Notes: generated by a model from the letters alone, not told the origin. A stretch of DNA of 64,000 bases from Octopus bimaculoides (GCF_001194135.2 NC_068992.1:52913009-52977008), one strand, 5' to 3'. Counted from the stretch's first letter, positions 39,487-53,091 are shown. Numbers and translations are program-made.

Positions 39487-40335
39487 NNNNNNNNNNNNNN
39501 NNNNNNNNNNNNNNNNNNNNNNNNNNNNNNNNNNNNNNNNNNNNNNNNNNNNNNNNNNNNNNNNNNNNNNNNNNNNNNNNNNNNNNNNNNNNNNNNNNNN
39601 NNNNNNNNNNNNNNNNNNNNNNNNNNNNNNNNNNNNNNNNNNNNNNNNNNNNNNNNNNNNNNNNNNNNNNNNNNNNNNNNNNNNNNNNNNNNNNNNNNNN
39701 NNNNNNNNNNNNNNNNNNNNNNNNNNNNNNNNNNNNNNNNNNNNNNNNNNNNNNNNNNNNNNNNNNNNNNNNNNNNNNNNNNNNNNNNNNNNNNNNNNNN
39801 NNNNNNNNNNNNNNNNNNNNNNNNNNNNNNNNNNNNNNNNNNNNNNNNNNNNNNNNNNNNNNNNNNNNNNNNNNNNNNNNNNNNNNNNNNNNNNNNNNNN
39901 NNNNNNNNNNNNNNNNNNNNNNNNNNNNNNNNNNNNNNNNNNNNNNNNNNNNNNNNNNNNNNNNNNNNNNNNNNNNNNNNNNNNNNNNNNNNNNNNNNNN
40001 NNNNNNNNNNNNNNNNNNNNNNNNNNNNNNNNNNNNNNNNNNNNNNNNNNNNNNNNNNNNNNNNNNNNNNNNNNNNNNNNNNNNNNNNNNNNNNNNNNNN
40101 NNNNNNNNNNNNNNNNNNNNNNNNNNNNNNNNNNNNNNNNNNNNNNNNNNNNNNNNNNNNNNNNNNNNNNNNNNNNNNNNNNNNNNNNNNNNNNNNNNNN
40201 NNNNNNNNNNNNNNNNNNNNNNNNNNNNNNNNNNNNNNNNNNNNNNNNNNNNNNNNNNNNNNNNNNNNNNNNNNNNNNNNNNNNNNNNNNNNNNNNNNNN
40301 NNNNNNNNNNNNNNNNNNNNNNNNNNNNNNNNNNN

Positions 40336-40373
<38 letters not shown>

Positions 40374-42718
40374 TTTCTACACACATGTATACATACAGAA
40401 AGTAAGAGAGAAATGGGAAATATAAAATGTGTCAAGTCTTAGTGGGTCCTTAATGAACTCTGCTAATGTTACATTCACCATCATCAAATAATTATCCTGC
40501 CTATGATACATTTTTCATACTCTTTGAGAAGAGATTGCTTAATGGTCTACAAAAACATATTATTTTAAAGATAATATTGTTGTGGTTAAACTATATCACT
40601 CTTGATGACTAAGAAGACCTGAGTAAAAGATAATATATATAGCAAATGTGCCTCACTAACCCCAAAAAGTTTAGATTAGCATCGTTTATTAAAATATTTA
40701 ATGATGGAGATACACTAAAAATATCAACAAAGTAAACGCTGATGTACAGTGTTAAAGGAGGTTAAAATCTACTTTGTCAAATTCTTAGTAAATCATAGTA
40801 GTCAATATAAACATGGACCAAATCTTCATTAAGTGATGGTTGTTGCAACGTAATATAACTTTAATAAGTCTTTTTTCTGGCTGATTCATTAGAACTTAGT
40901 CAGATATGGCAGGTGTTTTAGAGAAAGAGTCTCTTAGTTTCTTTTCAATCAAAGGTAACTAAAGAATTGCATATTCGTGGGGTCAAATTGGCACTGGGTA
41001 CTCCTCAAATTAGTTGAGTGACATTCTGATGATTCGCCCTTTTTCTCTAAGTTATAAGAGGTCAATGCGAGATAGATCAGCAAAAAAAAACATCCTCGAG
41101 GCATTTCCATCCAAACTCTTCTAGCCTCAAATGCAAGACATTAAACTGCAAAATAGAAAAAGGAGTCTGCATTTCGATCAATTCAGCGCAAAGGTCTGTA
41201 AAATCTTAGAGCATTACTCTTCATATTTGATATAACAGCGGAATGTTTGTTATTGCCTTGTTCTGCAGCTTTCAAAATAATTACCATCGTATGTTTCCCG
41301 CTGACATCAATTTATCAGCCTGTTCTCACGGTTCCGAGAACAATAATATGAAAATCCAGCCAGGGATTGCAGTCGATATATACGATTGAACACCTTCCCG
41401 AAATTGCCTGTCTCGCAACTTTGTTGGAAACAATTAGCAAGACAGTCTCTAAGACTAAAACTAACATTCATTTTATTGTAAGCCACATTTAATAAAATGA
41501 TATCACGACAGCTCCGAGCAATAAACCCGTATTTAGACGTTTATATTCGAAATAATTGAACAGATAGTATCTTTTTAATGGAACTGATGTATATAAGTGC
41601 ATATAAATATAACAAAATATTAATGCTAATAACTTCAACCGCATGATTTCCATTAGAGAGTCATTGTCATGTTCGTACGTCATAAAGAAAATGATAGAAA
41701 GAATATATTGTTGCTTTATTGGAAAAACATCCCACAAAATGGGTAGTATATTGATATAATCCATTACATAATTATATATATATATATNNNNNNNNNNNNN
41801 NNNNNNNNNNNNNNNNNNNNNNNNNNNNNNNNNNNNNNNNNNNNNNNNNNNNNNNNNNNNNNNNNNNNNNNNNNNNNNNNNNNNNNNNNNNNNNNNNNNN
41901 NNNNNNNNNNNNNNNNNNNNNNNNNNNNNNNNNNNNNNNNNNNNNNNNNNNNNNNNNNNNNNNNNNNNNNNNNNNNNNNNNNNNNNNNNNNNNNNNNNNN
42001 NNNNNNNNNNNNNNNNNNNNNNNNNNNNNNNNNNNNNNNNNNNNNNNNNNNNNNNNNNNNNNNNNNNNNNNNNNNNNNNNNNNNNNNNNNNNNNNNNNNN
42101 NNNNNNNNNNNNNNNNNNNNNNNNNNNNNNNNNNNNNNNNNNNNNNNNNNNNNNNNNNNNNNNNNNNNNNNNNNNNNNNNNNNNNNNNNNNNNNNNNNNN
42201 NNNNNNNNNNNNNNNNNNNNNNNNNNNNNNNNNNNNNNNNNNNNNNNNNNNNNNNNNNNNNNNNNNNNNNNNNNNNNNNNNNNNNNNNNNNNNNNNNNNN
42301 NNNNNNNNNNNNNNNNNNNNNNNNNNNNNNNNNNNNNNNNNNNNNNNNNNNNNNNNNNNNNNNNNNNNNNNNNNNNNNNNNNNNNNNNNNNNNNNNNNNN
42401 NNNNNNNNNNNNNNNNNNNNNNNNNNNNNNNNNNNNNNNNNNNNNNNNNNNNNNNNNNNNNNNNNNNNNNNNNNNNNNNNNNNNNNNNNNNNNNNNNNNN
42501 NNNNNNNNNNNNNNNNNNNNNNNNNNNNNNNNNNNNNNNNNNNNNNNNNNNNNNNNNNNNNNNNNNNNNNNNNNNNNNNNNNNNNNNNNNNNNNNNNNNN
42601 NNNNNNNNNNNNNNNNNNNNNNNNNNNNNNNNNNNNNNNNNNNNNNNNNNNNNNNNNNNNNNNNNNNNNNNNNNNNNNNNNNNNNNNNNNNNNNNNNNNN
42701 NNNNNNNNNNNNNNNNNN

Positions 42719-42776
<58 letters not shown>

Positions 42777-43536
42777 GGATAGATTGATAACTATAGATAA
42801 ATAAAGGAAGAACTACATCAACGCGTGGGTTTATGTATTAGTTTATACACTAGAGAGTGTATCTATGTGTTTATATATGCATACATGTACGAATTGATAA
42901 GCATGTACGTATATATACATATATACATACATTATACCCACAATAATATATAAGCGTGTGTGCGTTTTAACTTGTGTGTACGTATATACGTATGATTATA
43001 TTGATATATGTATTAAAAGTATTTATATGTCTAAGTGAATGCATTGCTTGAATGTTTATACGTACATATTTATACACATGCACACACATACGTATTTTCT
43101 GTATTAATGTTAGAGCGTGTATGCATGTGTGTTTGTGGGCGAATCGATGTATGAATCGATGCTTCTATATGTATGGGTTTCTATTGATGAGTTAACTATT
43201 TATACATGTGTGTCTCTGTGTTTGTGGGTGTGTGTGTATACATTTAGATGCGTATATGTTTTTATACATATAAATAGATAAACAGACTGATGTACTGACG
43301 TATAGACAGGAGATAAAATATGAAACTGTATATTTTTCTTGCATAATGTTGAATTATATTTCTTTCATGACTCTAGAGACCATATTGGTAAAATTGATAA
43401 ACCTTATAACACTAAAACAAGTAATGGCATCTTATGAACTGATAGAAACATATGAAAGACGCTATTCTAAGAGTTTCCAATACATACATGCATACCCATA
43501 TATATATATGGGTATATATATATAGGTGTGTGTGTG

Positions 43537-43572
<36 letters not shown>

Positions 43573-43594
43573 GATATACATATGTATATATAGG

Positions 43595-43635
<41 letters not shown>

Positions 43636-44315
43636 NNNNNNNNNNNNNNNNNNNNNNNNNNNNNNNNNNNNNNNNNNNNNNNNNNNNNNNNNNNNNNNNN
43701 NNNNNNNNNNNNNNNNNNNNNNNNNNNNNNNNNNNNNNNNNNNNNNNNNNNNNNNNNNNNNNNNNNNNNNNNNNNNNNNNNNNNNNNNNNNNNNNNNNNN
43801 NNNNNNNNNNNNNNNNNNNNNNNNNNNNNNNNNNNNNNNNNNNNNNNNNNNNNNNNNNNNNNNNNNNNNNNNNNNNNNNNNNNNNNNNNNNNNNNNNNNN
43901 NNNNNNNNNNNNNNNNNNNNNNNNNNNNNNNNNNNNNNNNNNNNNNNNNNNNNNNNNNNNNNNNNNNNNNNNNNNNNNNNNNNNNNNNNNNNNNNNNNNN
44001 NNNNNNNNNNNNNNNNNNNNNNNNNNNNNNNNNNNNNNNNNNNNNNNNNNNNNNNNNNNNNNNNNNNNNNNNNNNNNNNNNNNNNNNNNNNNNNNNNNNN
44101 NNNNNNNNNNNNNNNNNNNNNNNNNNNNNNNNNNNNNNNNNNNNNNNNNNNNNNNNNNNNNNNNNNNNNNNNNNNNNNNNNNNNNNNNNNNNNNNNNNNN
44201 NNNNNNNNNNNNNNNNNNNNNNNNNNNNNNNNNNNNNNNNNNNNNNNNNNNNNNNNNNNNNNNNNNNNNNNNNNNNNNNNNNNNNNNNNNNNNNNNNNNN
44301 NNNNNNNNNNNNNNN
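39487..44315. other. Region dominated by three large assembly gaps (39487-40336, 41788-42718, 43636-44315); 14 further gaps elsewhere in the window
   Basis: N runs, almost all flanked by microsatellites; content unknown. Confidence 1.
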
Positions 44316-44972
44316 TATATATAATACATATATATATACATATATATGTATATATATATGTACATGCGTGTGAGTATGTATTTGTGTTTGTGTTTGTCTA
44401 TTTGTCTATCGATAAGCGAGAAAACAAGTTTGTAGTACTTAAACCGAACATCCAGTAGAAGAAACATCATAGTTGCTAACGACAGTTCTTATAAATAATG
44501 GGCTTTTAAACATGGGGGCTAAATCTTTAGAAACATTCCAGTATCATTCATTGTATACCTAATTCTATATTCCTTGCGTAAAAATCGAACGCACAATTAT
44601 TTATTTAAAGAAAGCTTCTTAAATATACACAAAAAACTAAGTGGTTTATATAGACATGTAGTTGTGAATATTGGGGAGGATGTTAAATCATCTTATTTAA
44701 AAAAGAAAAATAATAGCGATTTAGCTTCACATTCAGTCTAGTACCCTTTATAGTTTCAAGAAAAGCGCAAATGGCAGCGGTTTCAGACCACACTAATCAA
44801 AGTAATGCTGAAATATAAATGATAAATATGAAATTCAGAGCCCAGATACATTCAGTCATTCATCACATTTGATAAGTTTAAAAGCAAATTCAACCACACT
44901 AAGATTTATAAAATGACATATGCTCCGTTGGTCAAAGTTGAAAAGTTTCCCATCCTTAAAATATGGCATTCG

Positions 44973-45015
<43 letters not shown>

Positions 45016-45172
45016 GCACGTGAGAAAAGAAAAAAATGACCGTCGTTTGGGGTAGGATATTTCTATGGCGCAGTTCTTATCATGCTGCAAACACGTTTAT
45101 TTTCTCATTTCCTCAATATAATTCTACATTATTTTGTATTTTTGTTCTCTTTCTCTTCAGTGTGTCTAACCT

Positions 45173-45256
<84 letters not shown>

Positions 45257-45426
45257 GCATGCACACACACACCGTGTACTCACACACTATTGCCAATATA
45301 TCTTATATGTGCAATCAGAGAATATCATTCACCGACGTAAAGAGCTTCCGTAAATCTTATACGTTTCCTGCCCTTCAAAGCAATGCAATTTATTGCATTT
45401 TGCGATGTGTAAGCCTTCAGATTATA

Positions 45427-45680
45427 GTGGATGGGCGTCGCTAAGTGGCTAGGGAACCGGACTCATGATGATCAGATTGTGATTTCGATTCCTAGACCGA
45501 GCGACGTTTTCTTTTCTTGGGCAAAACCCTCCATTCAAGTTACCCCAGTCCACTCAGCTTGCAAAAATTAATAGTCCTGTGACGGACTGGTTTCCCCATC
45601 TGGGTGGCAAAACTATACTCTATGGAAACCAGAAAACTGGCCCTTATGAGCCGGAATGACTCCAGAAGGAAACTTTACCT
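45427..45680 (+). mobile_element. SINE family C copy 1 of a tandem pair
   Basis: tRNA-like head with B-box-like tttcgattcc, tcttgggcaaaac..., ccagtccactcagcttgcaaaaat, tail atggaaaccagaaaactggcccttatgagcc...ctttacct. Confidence 0.7.
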
Positions 45681-45682
45681 AT

Positions 45683-45900
45683 GTGGAGGGTCGTGGCTTA
45701 ATGGTTAAAATGTTGGACTCATGAGTCTAAGATTGTGGTTTCGATTTCTGGACCGGGCAAAACACTTAATTTCGTACTGCTTCAATCGACTCAACTAGCA
45801 AAAATGAGTAATCTTCCGACGGAACGGTGTTTCGTCCACGTGGGGAATGTATACACCATGGAAACCAGGAAACCGGCCCTTATGAGTCGGCTTTACCTTT
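45683..45900 (+). mobile_element. SINE family C copy 2 of a tandem pair
   Basis: A-box TGGCTTAATGG, B-box-like GGTTTCGATTTC, same tail atggaaaccaggaaaccggcccttatgagtc...ctttaccttt. Confidence 0.7.
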
Positions 45901-46679
45901 AACTACATATTACCGAGGCAACATTTTCCTCCAACCTCCTCCCACCTCGGGACGTCCAGATCAAGTGACTTTATTTCTGTTTTACAGACATCTTTGTGTT
46001 GATCACTGTTGTCTTGCGTGCCTCACTGATTTATTTGAAGGTCCTCCGACAGACCAATTGTCAATGGTCCTTCTGTTCCAACATCCGAGTCTGAATGCTG
46101 GATTTTTTTCGTTGTCTGCTTGCTTGTTTGTTTATTTTTCTTTACAGCTCACGATTTGTTAAGTTAGTTTCCCTAAGCTTCACGTACCCTGTGGAGCAGG
46201 TGGGCTGTGACAGGACAAGCCTAACTGGCTTGGTGTTGCCCAGCTTGAGGTGGGCGGCAACTGTCCAGTGACGCACAATGGCCTTTCCCTCCGTCGAAAG
46301 TAGCTCCTGGCGCCTTACTCTTACGGCAGTTTTATGCAGGCTTAAAACCAGTAGACTGCTGCCTTCCGTGTTTTGCCGCCGCGGTTAGACGGCGCTGGAG
46401 TGTCATCTTCAGGGAAACATTTAACTTCTGTGTCGACTGGGACATAATGAGAAGCATGGTTAATCTAATGGACATGTCAAAACTGGGTTAGAGAACGGCA
46501 ATACTTTTGGACCATAATAGCTCTGCAAAAGAATGACAGGTTCAAATGTATTAAGATTTTTTTCATTAAAATCGAAAACGTACTGCATCTTAGCGGGTTT
46601 ACAAGGCCAGTGTTCATAGGAGCGCTCGGAACGATCTGAAAAGGAACTGGAAATTGTGAGGATTATCGCTAGCTTACCA

Positions 46680-47245
46680 TCCATATGAGCGAAATAAAGA
46701 AGATTGACAGGAAAATCCGTAAGCTGTTGACTTGCAATAAGATGCACCATCCAACGGCAGAAGCAGATCGTCTCTACCTACCTAGAGTTCAAGGTGGTCG
46801 AGGCTTAATCCAGTTTGAGATCTCCTACAAAGCCACCACGAATGGACTCGCAAAATATCTTGAAGATTCTAACAACTGGATGCTAAAGCTCGTTGAAAAC
46901 TATGAAATACATAATCAGCTTCATTCTGTTATGGAGAGCAAAAAAATTTGACCTGAGTTTCTGCATAATACCCACGTTGAACAGCATGATGAAAGTGCAG
47001 CAACTGTTGTTGCAAAGAAGGTGAAACCAATAGCAAAATGCGTATGAACTGGCTATGTGGAAGCAAAAGACTATGCATGGCAAATTCGTAGCCCGTAGTA
47101 AACAAGCTGATGTAAGCAAGAAGCAAACCCATAGATGGCTACGGAGCTGAGGGGACTAAAGGTAGAGAATGAAGGTCTTATCTTTGCTGCCCGAGATCAG
47201 AGCTTATTGACCCGGAACTATCAAACCAATGTGATGAAATGCTGC
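46680..47245 (+). mobile_element. R4/Dong-clade LINE fragment (RT thumb to pre-zinc-knuckle region), frameshifted
   Basis: EIKKIDRKIRKLLTCNKMHHPTAEADRLYLPRVQGGRGLIQ...; downstream WKQKTMHGKF...ADVSKKQTHRWLRS..GLKVENEGLIFAARDQSLLTRNYQ. Confidence 0.88.
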
Positions 47246-47984
47246 TCGTGTAATTTGTGTGTCTTGCGATGACATTTTATCGATCATTCTATTAAAAGTC
47301 ACAAGATTGCATGGACTTATTGAACGAAGTATTCAAGGTATTGCTAGCAAAAGGATTGCTCTCAGGATTTTTTATTCACGTCATACAGGTGAAAGTTGTT
47401 GTGAATCTCATTGTTGTTACACTTCTTAATTCTGGTGATTGTAACTGTCTTTCTTTCCAAGTATAGATTTGATTCCTTGGCAATGTTTTCTCTTCTTGAT
47501 TTCACTTTTTCCCTTACAATTTCAACATTTTATTCTGTGGTTTACATCCTCTACAAATTCCCTTCTTGTTAATATTTATTTTTGACCCGTAAATACAAGA
47601 AACCAAGTGGAACAGATTGTAACTAAAAACATTTTATTTCATTAATAAGATATTTTTTTTTACCGCAGGTATTGGAAGAGATGGCCAAACATATCAATGG
47701 CTTCAGTTTACAAAACATTCTAAAAAAATATTTCCTTCCTATAAAACTTCATGATAATCCGATTTTCTGAGAGCATTCCATCTCTAGAGACATCCGTATT
47801 ATTCAAACAACAACTAGGAGCACAAGAGTAACAGCAACAATATCAACAACAATAGCAACAAAAGCAAGAAAGCAAAAACTGATATAATAATAATAATAAA
47901 AATTTTCCAAATTTTTACCGAAGTTCAAAATAGTTATAGCAGTGAGGATAATAATAATTATTATTATTATTACTGTTTTGCTCT

Positions 47985-48135
47985 TACTGAGTTCAAATCC
48001 TGCCCAGCTCAACGTTAACTTTCCTCATGTTCGGGGTCGATGAAATAAGTACTAGCAAAGTATTAAAGTCGATGTTATCGACTTACCTTCAACCAAGAAA
48101 ATTTCGGGCCAGTGCCTACAGTAGAGAGAATTATC
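47985..48135 (+). mobile_element. SINE family B, 5'-truncated copy
   Basis: ctgagttcaaatcctgcc...ttcggggtcgatgaaataagtac...gtcgatgttatcgact...aaaatttcgggccagtgcctacagtagagagaatt. Confidence 0.75.
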
Positions 48136-48139
48136 ATTG

Positions 48140-48275
48140 TCATTTGATTTATCTATCTGTGTGTATTAAAATATCCCAGAGTATGGCTGTTTTCTCATTT
48201 TCTGAGACCTTTCCTGGGTTGTTCCTATACCATCTTTTTGTCTTCCTGTTGTCATTCCCTAGTGTTTATTACATG
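48140..48275 (-). mobile_element. R4/Dong LINE endonuclease-region fragment
   Basis: ctatctgtgtgtatt..atatcccagagtatggctgttttctcattttctg...tataccatcttttt aligns directly with 30778-30895. Confidence 0.8.
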
Positions 48276-49849
48276 AAACATGAAGAAAAATAGTAAATGT
48301 GTAGTATGAATATAAAGGGGATATGAAAACAATGTTATTAGCAACGAAGAGAACATTCAGGGACAAAATGGATAATAAACAATTTAGAAAATGTTCCAAA
48401 ACATACGGACAAGTAATTAGGAATAAAATCTACGTAGTATTCAATAAATAAAACAAAAAAAATGATTTAAAATGCATATAAGAACTATTGAATAATGACC
48501 GTCTCCACACAGATGATAAGCCTTTGAATGATACATGGATATATCGCCAAAGGTCTCCATTTGCTTTTCATTGAACACACTGGAAAGTGTGTAAGTTTGG
48601 GGGTAAATCATTTCTGTAACGAATGATCTGAAAAGCATCCGATGTTCTGAAGGGATTTCTGTTTCAATTTCTGCTTCAATTTCTGTTTCATTTTCGTGCT
48701 GGATATGTTTTGCACCTTAGCACTACTTCCTTCGCACAAACTAGTATGCGGTTCTTTCTTTCATCGCTAAATCCATTTCTTTTGCTCTAAGATCGACCGG
48801 TGTTTATAGCGAAAGAGAAAGAATTTGAAGCACTGATCACCGTTTTCACTTTATTGCATTTAACGGGCTCATTTGCACAATTCTGCAACATTCGGTTACT
48901 TCTTGTTTTTCCTGTAATTTACACTTCTTTTCCGGCTTCCACCTGGTTCTGATAAAAATTCATTAGAAATCTATTCATCTTGCAGCCCCAATTGTCTATT
49001 AGTCACGTGGTTGACGCAATTTCGTTTTCTAGAAATAACCCTTAGGAATATTGGCTTCGTGGAGTCATGAAAATGAGAACATCTTTGCGATTGCATACAT
49101 TTTTTTTCTTCTTTTAATGATATGGTACTTAAATTTTAATTATCTTTTTTTTAGCTGCCTCCACATAATTGGAGCTCAAGGAATTAATTATTAAACATGC
49201 ATTATATTTCTCGCAAATATTGGTGTTTATCGTGTATTATACAGCAGTCCATCATTTGTTGCGCGAATAACTGAATTATAGTGTAATACGACGCTTGGAT
49301 AGAATTCTGCTACGTTCTTTCCTTACATTTGGTTTACACTATCATGCGTTCTCATTTTCTCTAGTTTTTCTTTACTTTACCAGCACAAGGAACATGGAAA
49401 GTCAAAAGGTTCACGTCCTACCATTCACGCCGGCTTTCACTTTCGATCTTCTCATCATGTTCAACACACGATTTGACGCAACTGGTTATGAGGAGAGATG
49501 TGTTATTGCTATTTCTAGTCAGCCTTTCAAACCGACATGGTTGTGCTCCCATTCGATATTCCGAGGCTGCACGTGGTGGTATTCTTCTAACAACAGTGCC
49601 TAGGCCTTGCTATGGCAATTGCAGATACTTTTGTAGTTATATATATATATATATATATATATNNNNNNNNNNNNNNNNNNNNNNNNNNNNNNNNNNNNNN
49701 NNNNNNNNNNNNNNNNNNNNNNNNNNNNNNNNNNNNNNNNNNNNNNNNNNNNNNNNNNNNNNNNNNNNNNNNNNNNNNNNATATATATTAGCCTTTTCAA
49801 CTCTTCTGGGCCGAACACATTTAAATGCCATTTCTGGAAGCCTCGTACT

Positions 49850-50060
49850 TATTCAACCGTCCTCTTTTTCCGAACCACTAAGTTACAGTGACGTATAAAA
49901 AACAACATCGGTTGTGAAGCGATGATGGGGGACAAATAAAGACACACAAGGCTTTGGTCGGCCCGAGGCTACAGAAAATGACACTTGCCCAAGGTGCCAC
50001 GTAGTGGGACTGAACCCGGAGCCATGTGGTTGGGAAGGAAGCTTCTAACCACACAGCGAC
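49850..50060 (-). mobile_element. SINE family A copy with an internal deletion removing the microsatellite
   Basis: Body gtacttattc...gaaccactaagttac...caacatcggttgtgaagcgatgatgggggacaaat is joined directly to head cacaaggctttggtcggcccgaggcta...gacacttgcccaaggtgccacgtagtgggactgaacccgga. Confidence 0.85.
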
Positions 50061-52206
50061 TTCTTTAATTTACTTCGAGACAAACGTATTACACAAATCT
50101 TGTTATTTCAGTACCACCACTTTCTTTTACGTTATTATCTTTAGTTAGCGTTTACAAGGATATGTGTATTATATGAGTATATGATAGGATACGTGAGCAA
50201 GATGTTTCTGAAGGAGATGTAAAATGTTATAGAAACAGTATGGACATAAGAGAAGCGTATTGGTGCAGTTGCATCAAGACACGGGTTATCTGCGCTACAG
50301 GTTGAGCGAGAAATTTTATACAGACGTGACTATTTTGCCCTATACTAGCCCATTGCTTTTTAGCACTGACTTAGCACTGTCGTTGAAATACATAAGATAT
50401 TTCAGTGGAATAGTATGTTTTCATTTAATAAAAAATGTAAACAAAAGTTTGCTTCAACGGGATTAGAACTCAGAATATTATTCGTGGAATCCAGTAGATG
50501 CTTTTTGCCCTAACGTCGAACTATTATGTACGAATCCATTGCCAGCAAATGGTTTCTTTAGCGTGTGATTTTTCAACCACCAATATCTAAACATTAGTGA
50601 CAGAATGTTCTCTCATCAAATTATTGATCTTTTTCCGTTTCTTTTTCTCATTCTCTCCCAGCCATTTCTTTTTCCCCCTTTATCTTAACCTTGCTATATA
50701 TTTCTCTGTTTCTTTCCATCTTTCTCTCTCTCTCTCTGTTTCCCACCTCTCTCTCTCTCTTTTTTATGATCTCTTTATACTCTATTCTTAGTCTCTTTAT
50801 ATAACTTTCTCTATTTTCATGTTTGTAGATGTATGTATGCATGTATGCATACATGTATGTATCTATGTCTGTATACATGCATGTATATATGTATGTGTGT
50901 GTATGTATGCATGTATGCAGGTGTGCGTTTGTGTGTGTATGCATGCATGTATATAGATGTGTGTTTGTGTGCGTATGCCTGTGCATGTATGTATATGAAA
51001 ATCACACTATTTCTCTTTCACTGTCACACTCATTTGTTCGATTTTACTGTTTCCTTTCACTCTCTCATATAAACACTCCTCCGTTCTTCTTCCCTGTCTG
51101 TCGTTCTTGCTCGCCTTTTATTTCTTACTCTCTTTCTCTTACATCAAAATCTCTCATGCAATCCTTCATTTCATCTTTGCATTTCTCTCTCACATTGCCC
51201 AATTATGTCTGTGACATGCTCTTTCTCTTCCTTCTGCTCTGCCATTTATACATTTTTTTCTACCGAACTTTTACCTCAGTTTTCTTCTTATGCTTCCTTT
51301 CCTTTCCTTCATTCTTTCTTTCTTTTTGTCTTTCTTTCTTTCTCTCTATTTTCCTATGCCATTATATTTCATGATTACCTCCCTCCATTAATCTCTATAC
51401 CACACACTCTCTCTCTCTCTCTCTTTCTCTTTCTCTTCTTCCCCTCATTTACAACACGCATTGCCTCCTTCCCTTCTGTTTACTTCAATATAGAATTTCT
51501 TAAGCAGCAGGCGACATTGATTGATAACATGGAGGAATCAGAGCACAACTTATTTCTCATCGGACACGCCATTTAGTCATTGGACGAATACACGATCAGA
51601 ATTTTTCTCAAGATCTGGAATTAAGTAAGAGCATCACATAAACGAAATTTTACCGAACAAGGAAATCTAACAAAGCCGAGAAGTAAATTAGTTACAAACC
51701 AGATCTAAGAGGACAACTCCCAATGGAACTCTCTAATTTATAGGGTTTCTCTTCTGATACTCGAAAATAACGATAAATCTAAGCGACAGAACTCTTTCCC
51801 GGTGATTCTTACTACGAAATAAGTAATAATTTAAATGAAACTGTTATCGGCAGGTTTTAATATATCGTTACATCAAATGAATAGATGCCATGAATCTTGT
51901 GCGACATCCTATTAAGCTATGGGTCAGCAAACATCTTTTAAGTCGAAAGATAAGTTTGTATTAATATAAAACTTAAATTAGAAAGCAGACCAGGTCGTTG
52001 TGACATTTACAGCATTTCAGAAGAACATTTCCCTAGCAACTGTCACTCTAGTCTCCAGTTTGCTGTGCGACTGCCAGTTCAATTTAACATCAACAACACC
52101 ATCCATCGCAGTCAATTTTTAACATTCCGAAGTTTAGGAAAGAGCGTGGTACGGAAAATATCAAATGTAATGAAAAAAATAAGAATATACGGGCAAAAGA
52201 GGATGT

Positions 52207-52221
52207 ATAATAATAATAATG

Positions 52222-52291
<70 letters not shown>

Positions 52292-52405
52292 TAATAATAA
52301 TAATGATGATAATAATAATAATAGTAGTAGTAATAATAAGAAGAAGAAGAAGGAGAAGGAGAAAAAGAATAGTAATAATAATAATAGTAATAATAATGAT
52401 TAATA
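52207..52405. repeat. (AAT)n/(AAG)n compound trinucleotide microsatellite
   Basis: Read directly; source of the poly-N, poly-I and poly-Y pseudo-ORFs. Confidence 0.97.
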
Positions 52406-52905
52406 ATATCTTTATTCTCTGGAAGGACGCATTTATACTGTTGCAATACTTCTTGTGGACTGCAAAAACTTGTGGTTTAGTCAAGCACATCACATAAAAA
52501 TGGAGGGTGGGCCAAAGGTCAAAGACCTAAAATTCTGTCTGTCTGTCTGTGTCCCTGTCCTTTCCTCCCTCCCTCTCTCTCTCTCTGTTCCTCTCTCTTT
52601 GTGTGCACATATATCTAAATTCTTGTATGTGTACATCTCTAAGTATTTTCATGTTATGAACACACACAGAGACACAGACACATACACCCAAGCATATATA
52701 TATATGTGTGTGTGTGTGTGTGTATGTATATATATATATNNNNNNNNNNNNNNNNNNNNNNNNNNNNNNNNNNNNNNNNNNNNNNNNNNNNNNNNNNNTA
52801 TATATGTATGTATATATTACAGTTCTATATTTAAGAAATAAGGAATTATGTACATTATTTACATTATTTACATTTAACGGGTGTTCGTCCTCATCTTGTT
52901 TATTC

Positions 52906-52953
52906 TTAACGCAACGTTTCGGTTGAAATACCCTCCGGCCTTCATCAGGTGTC
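52906..52953 (-). ncRNA. Minimal type-I hammerhead ribozyme motif, degenerate in helices
   Basis: GACAC CTGATGA A GGCCG-gagggtattt-CAACC GAAA CGTT GCGTT: core intact, two mismatches in helix II and one in helix I. Confidence 0.55.
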
Positions 52954-53046
52954 TTAGGGAAGTTTCCATCCTGGGTTCGCGGGCTACTAGCCCCAAGATT
53001 CCGAGTTCGATTCAAAGCAGTGACCTGAACAATTAATATATATATT

Positions 53047-53091
53047 ACACATGATGAAGGCAGGAGGGTATATCAGCCGAAACGTTGTGTT
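53047..53091 (+). ncRNA. Minimal type-I hammerhead ribozyme motif with a C3-to-A core change
   Basis: ACAC ATGATGA A GGCAG-gagggtatat-CAGCC GAAA CGTT GTGT: helix I perfect, helix II 4 of 5 pairs, palindromic ACGU helix III, GUU cleavage triplet. Confidence 0.55.

Noticed and set aside
41286-41420. Minus-strand frame SCETGNFGKVF... as an EGF-like exon
   Set aside because: Lacks the cysteine spacing of EGF repeats and the frame closes before the best donor.
48440-49000. Decayed hAT transposase N-terminus on the minus strand, with a 12-bp x3 repeat at about 48658-48693
   Set aside because: Multiple stops and no diagnostic motif readable by eye.
51918-52072. hAT/Charlie-like TIR (gggtcagcaaac...gtttgctg)
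   Set aside because: Only an 8-bp inverted match and no 8-bp target-site duplication identified.
52978-53020. tRNA gene
   Set aside because: Only an anticodon-like arm and B-box are present; no acceptor stem, D-arm or A-box, so it is a SINE-type head.
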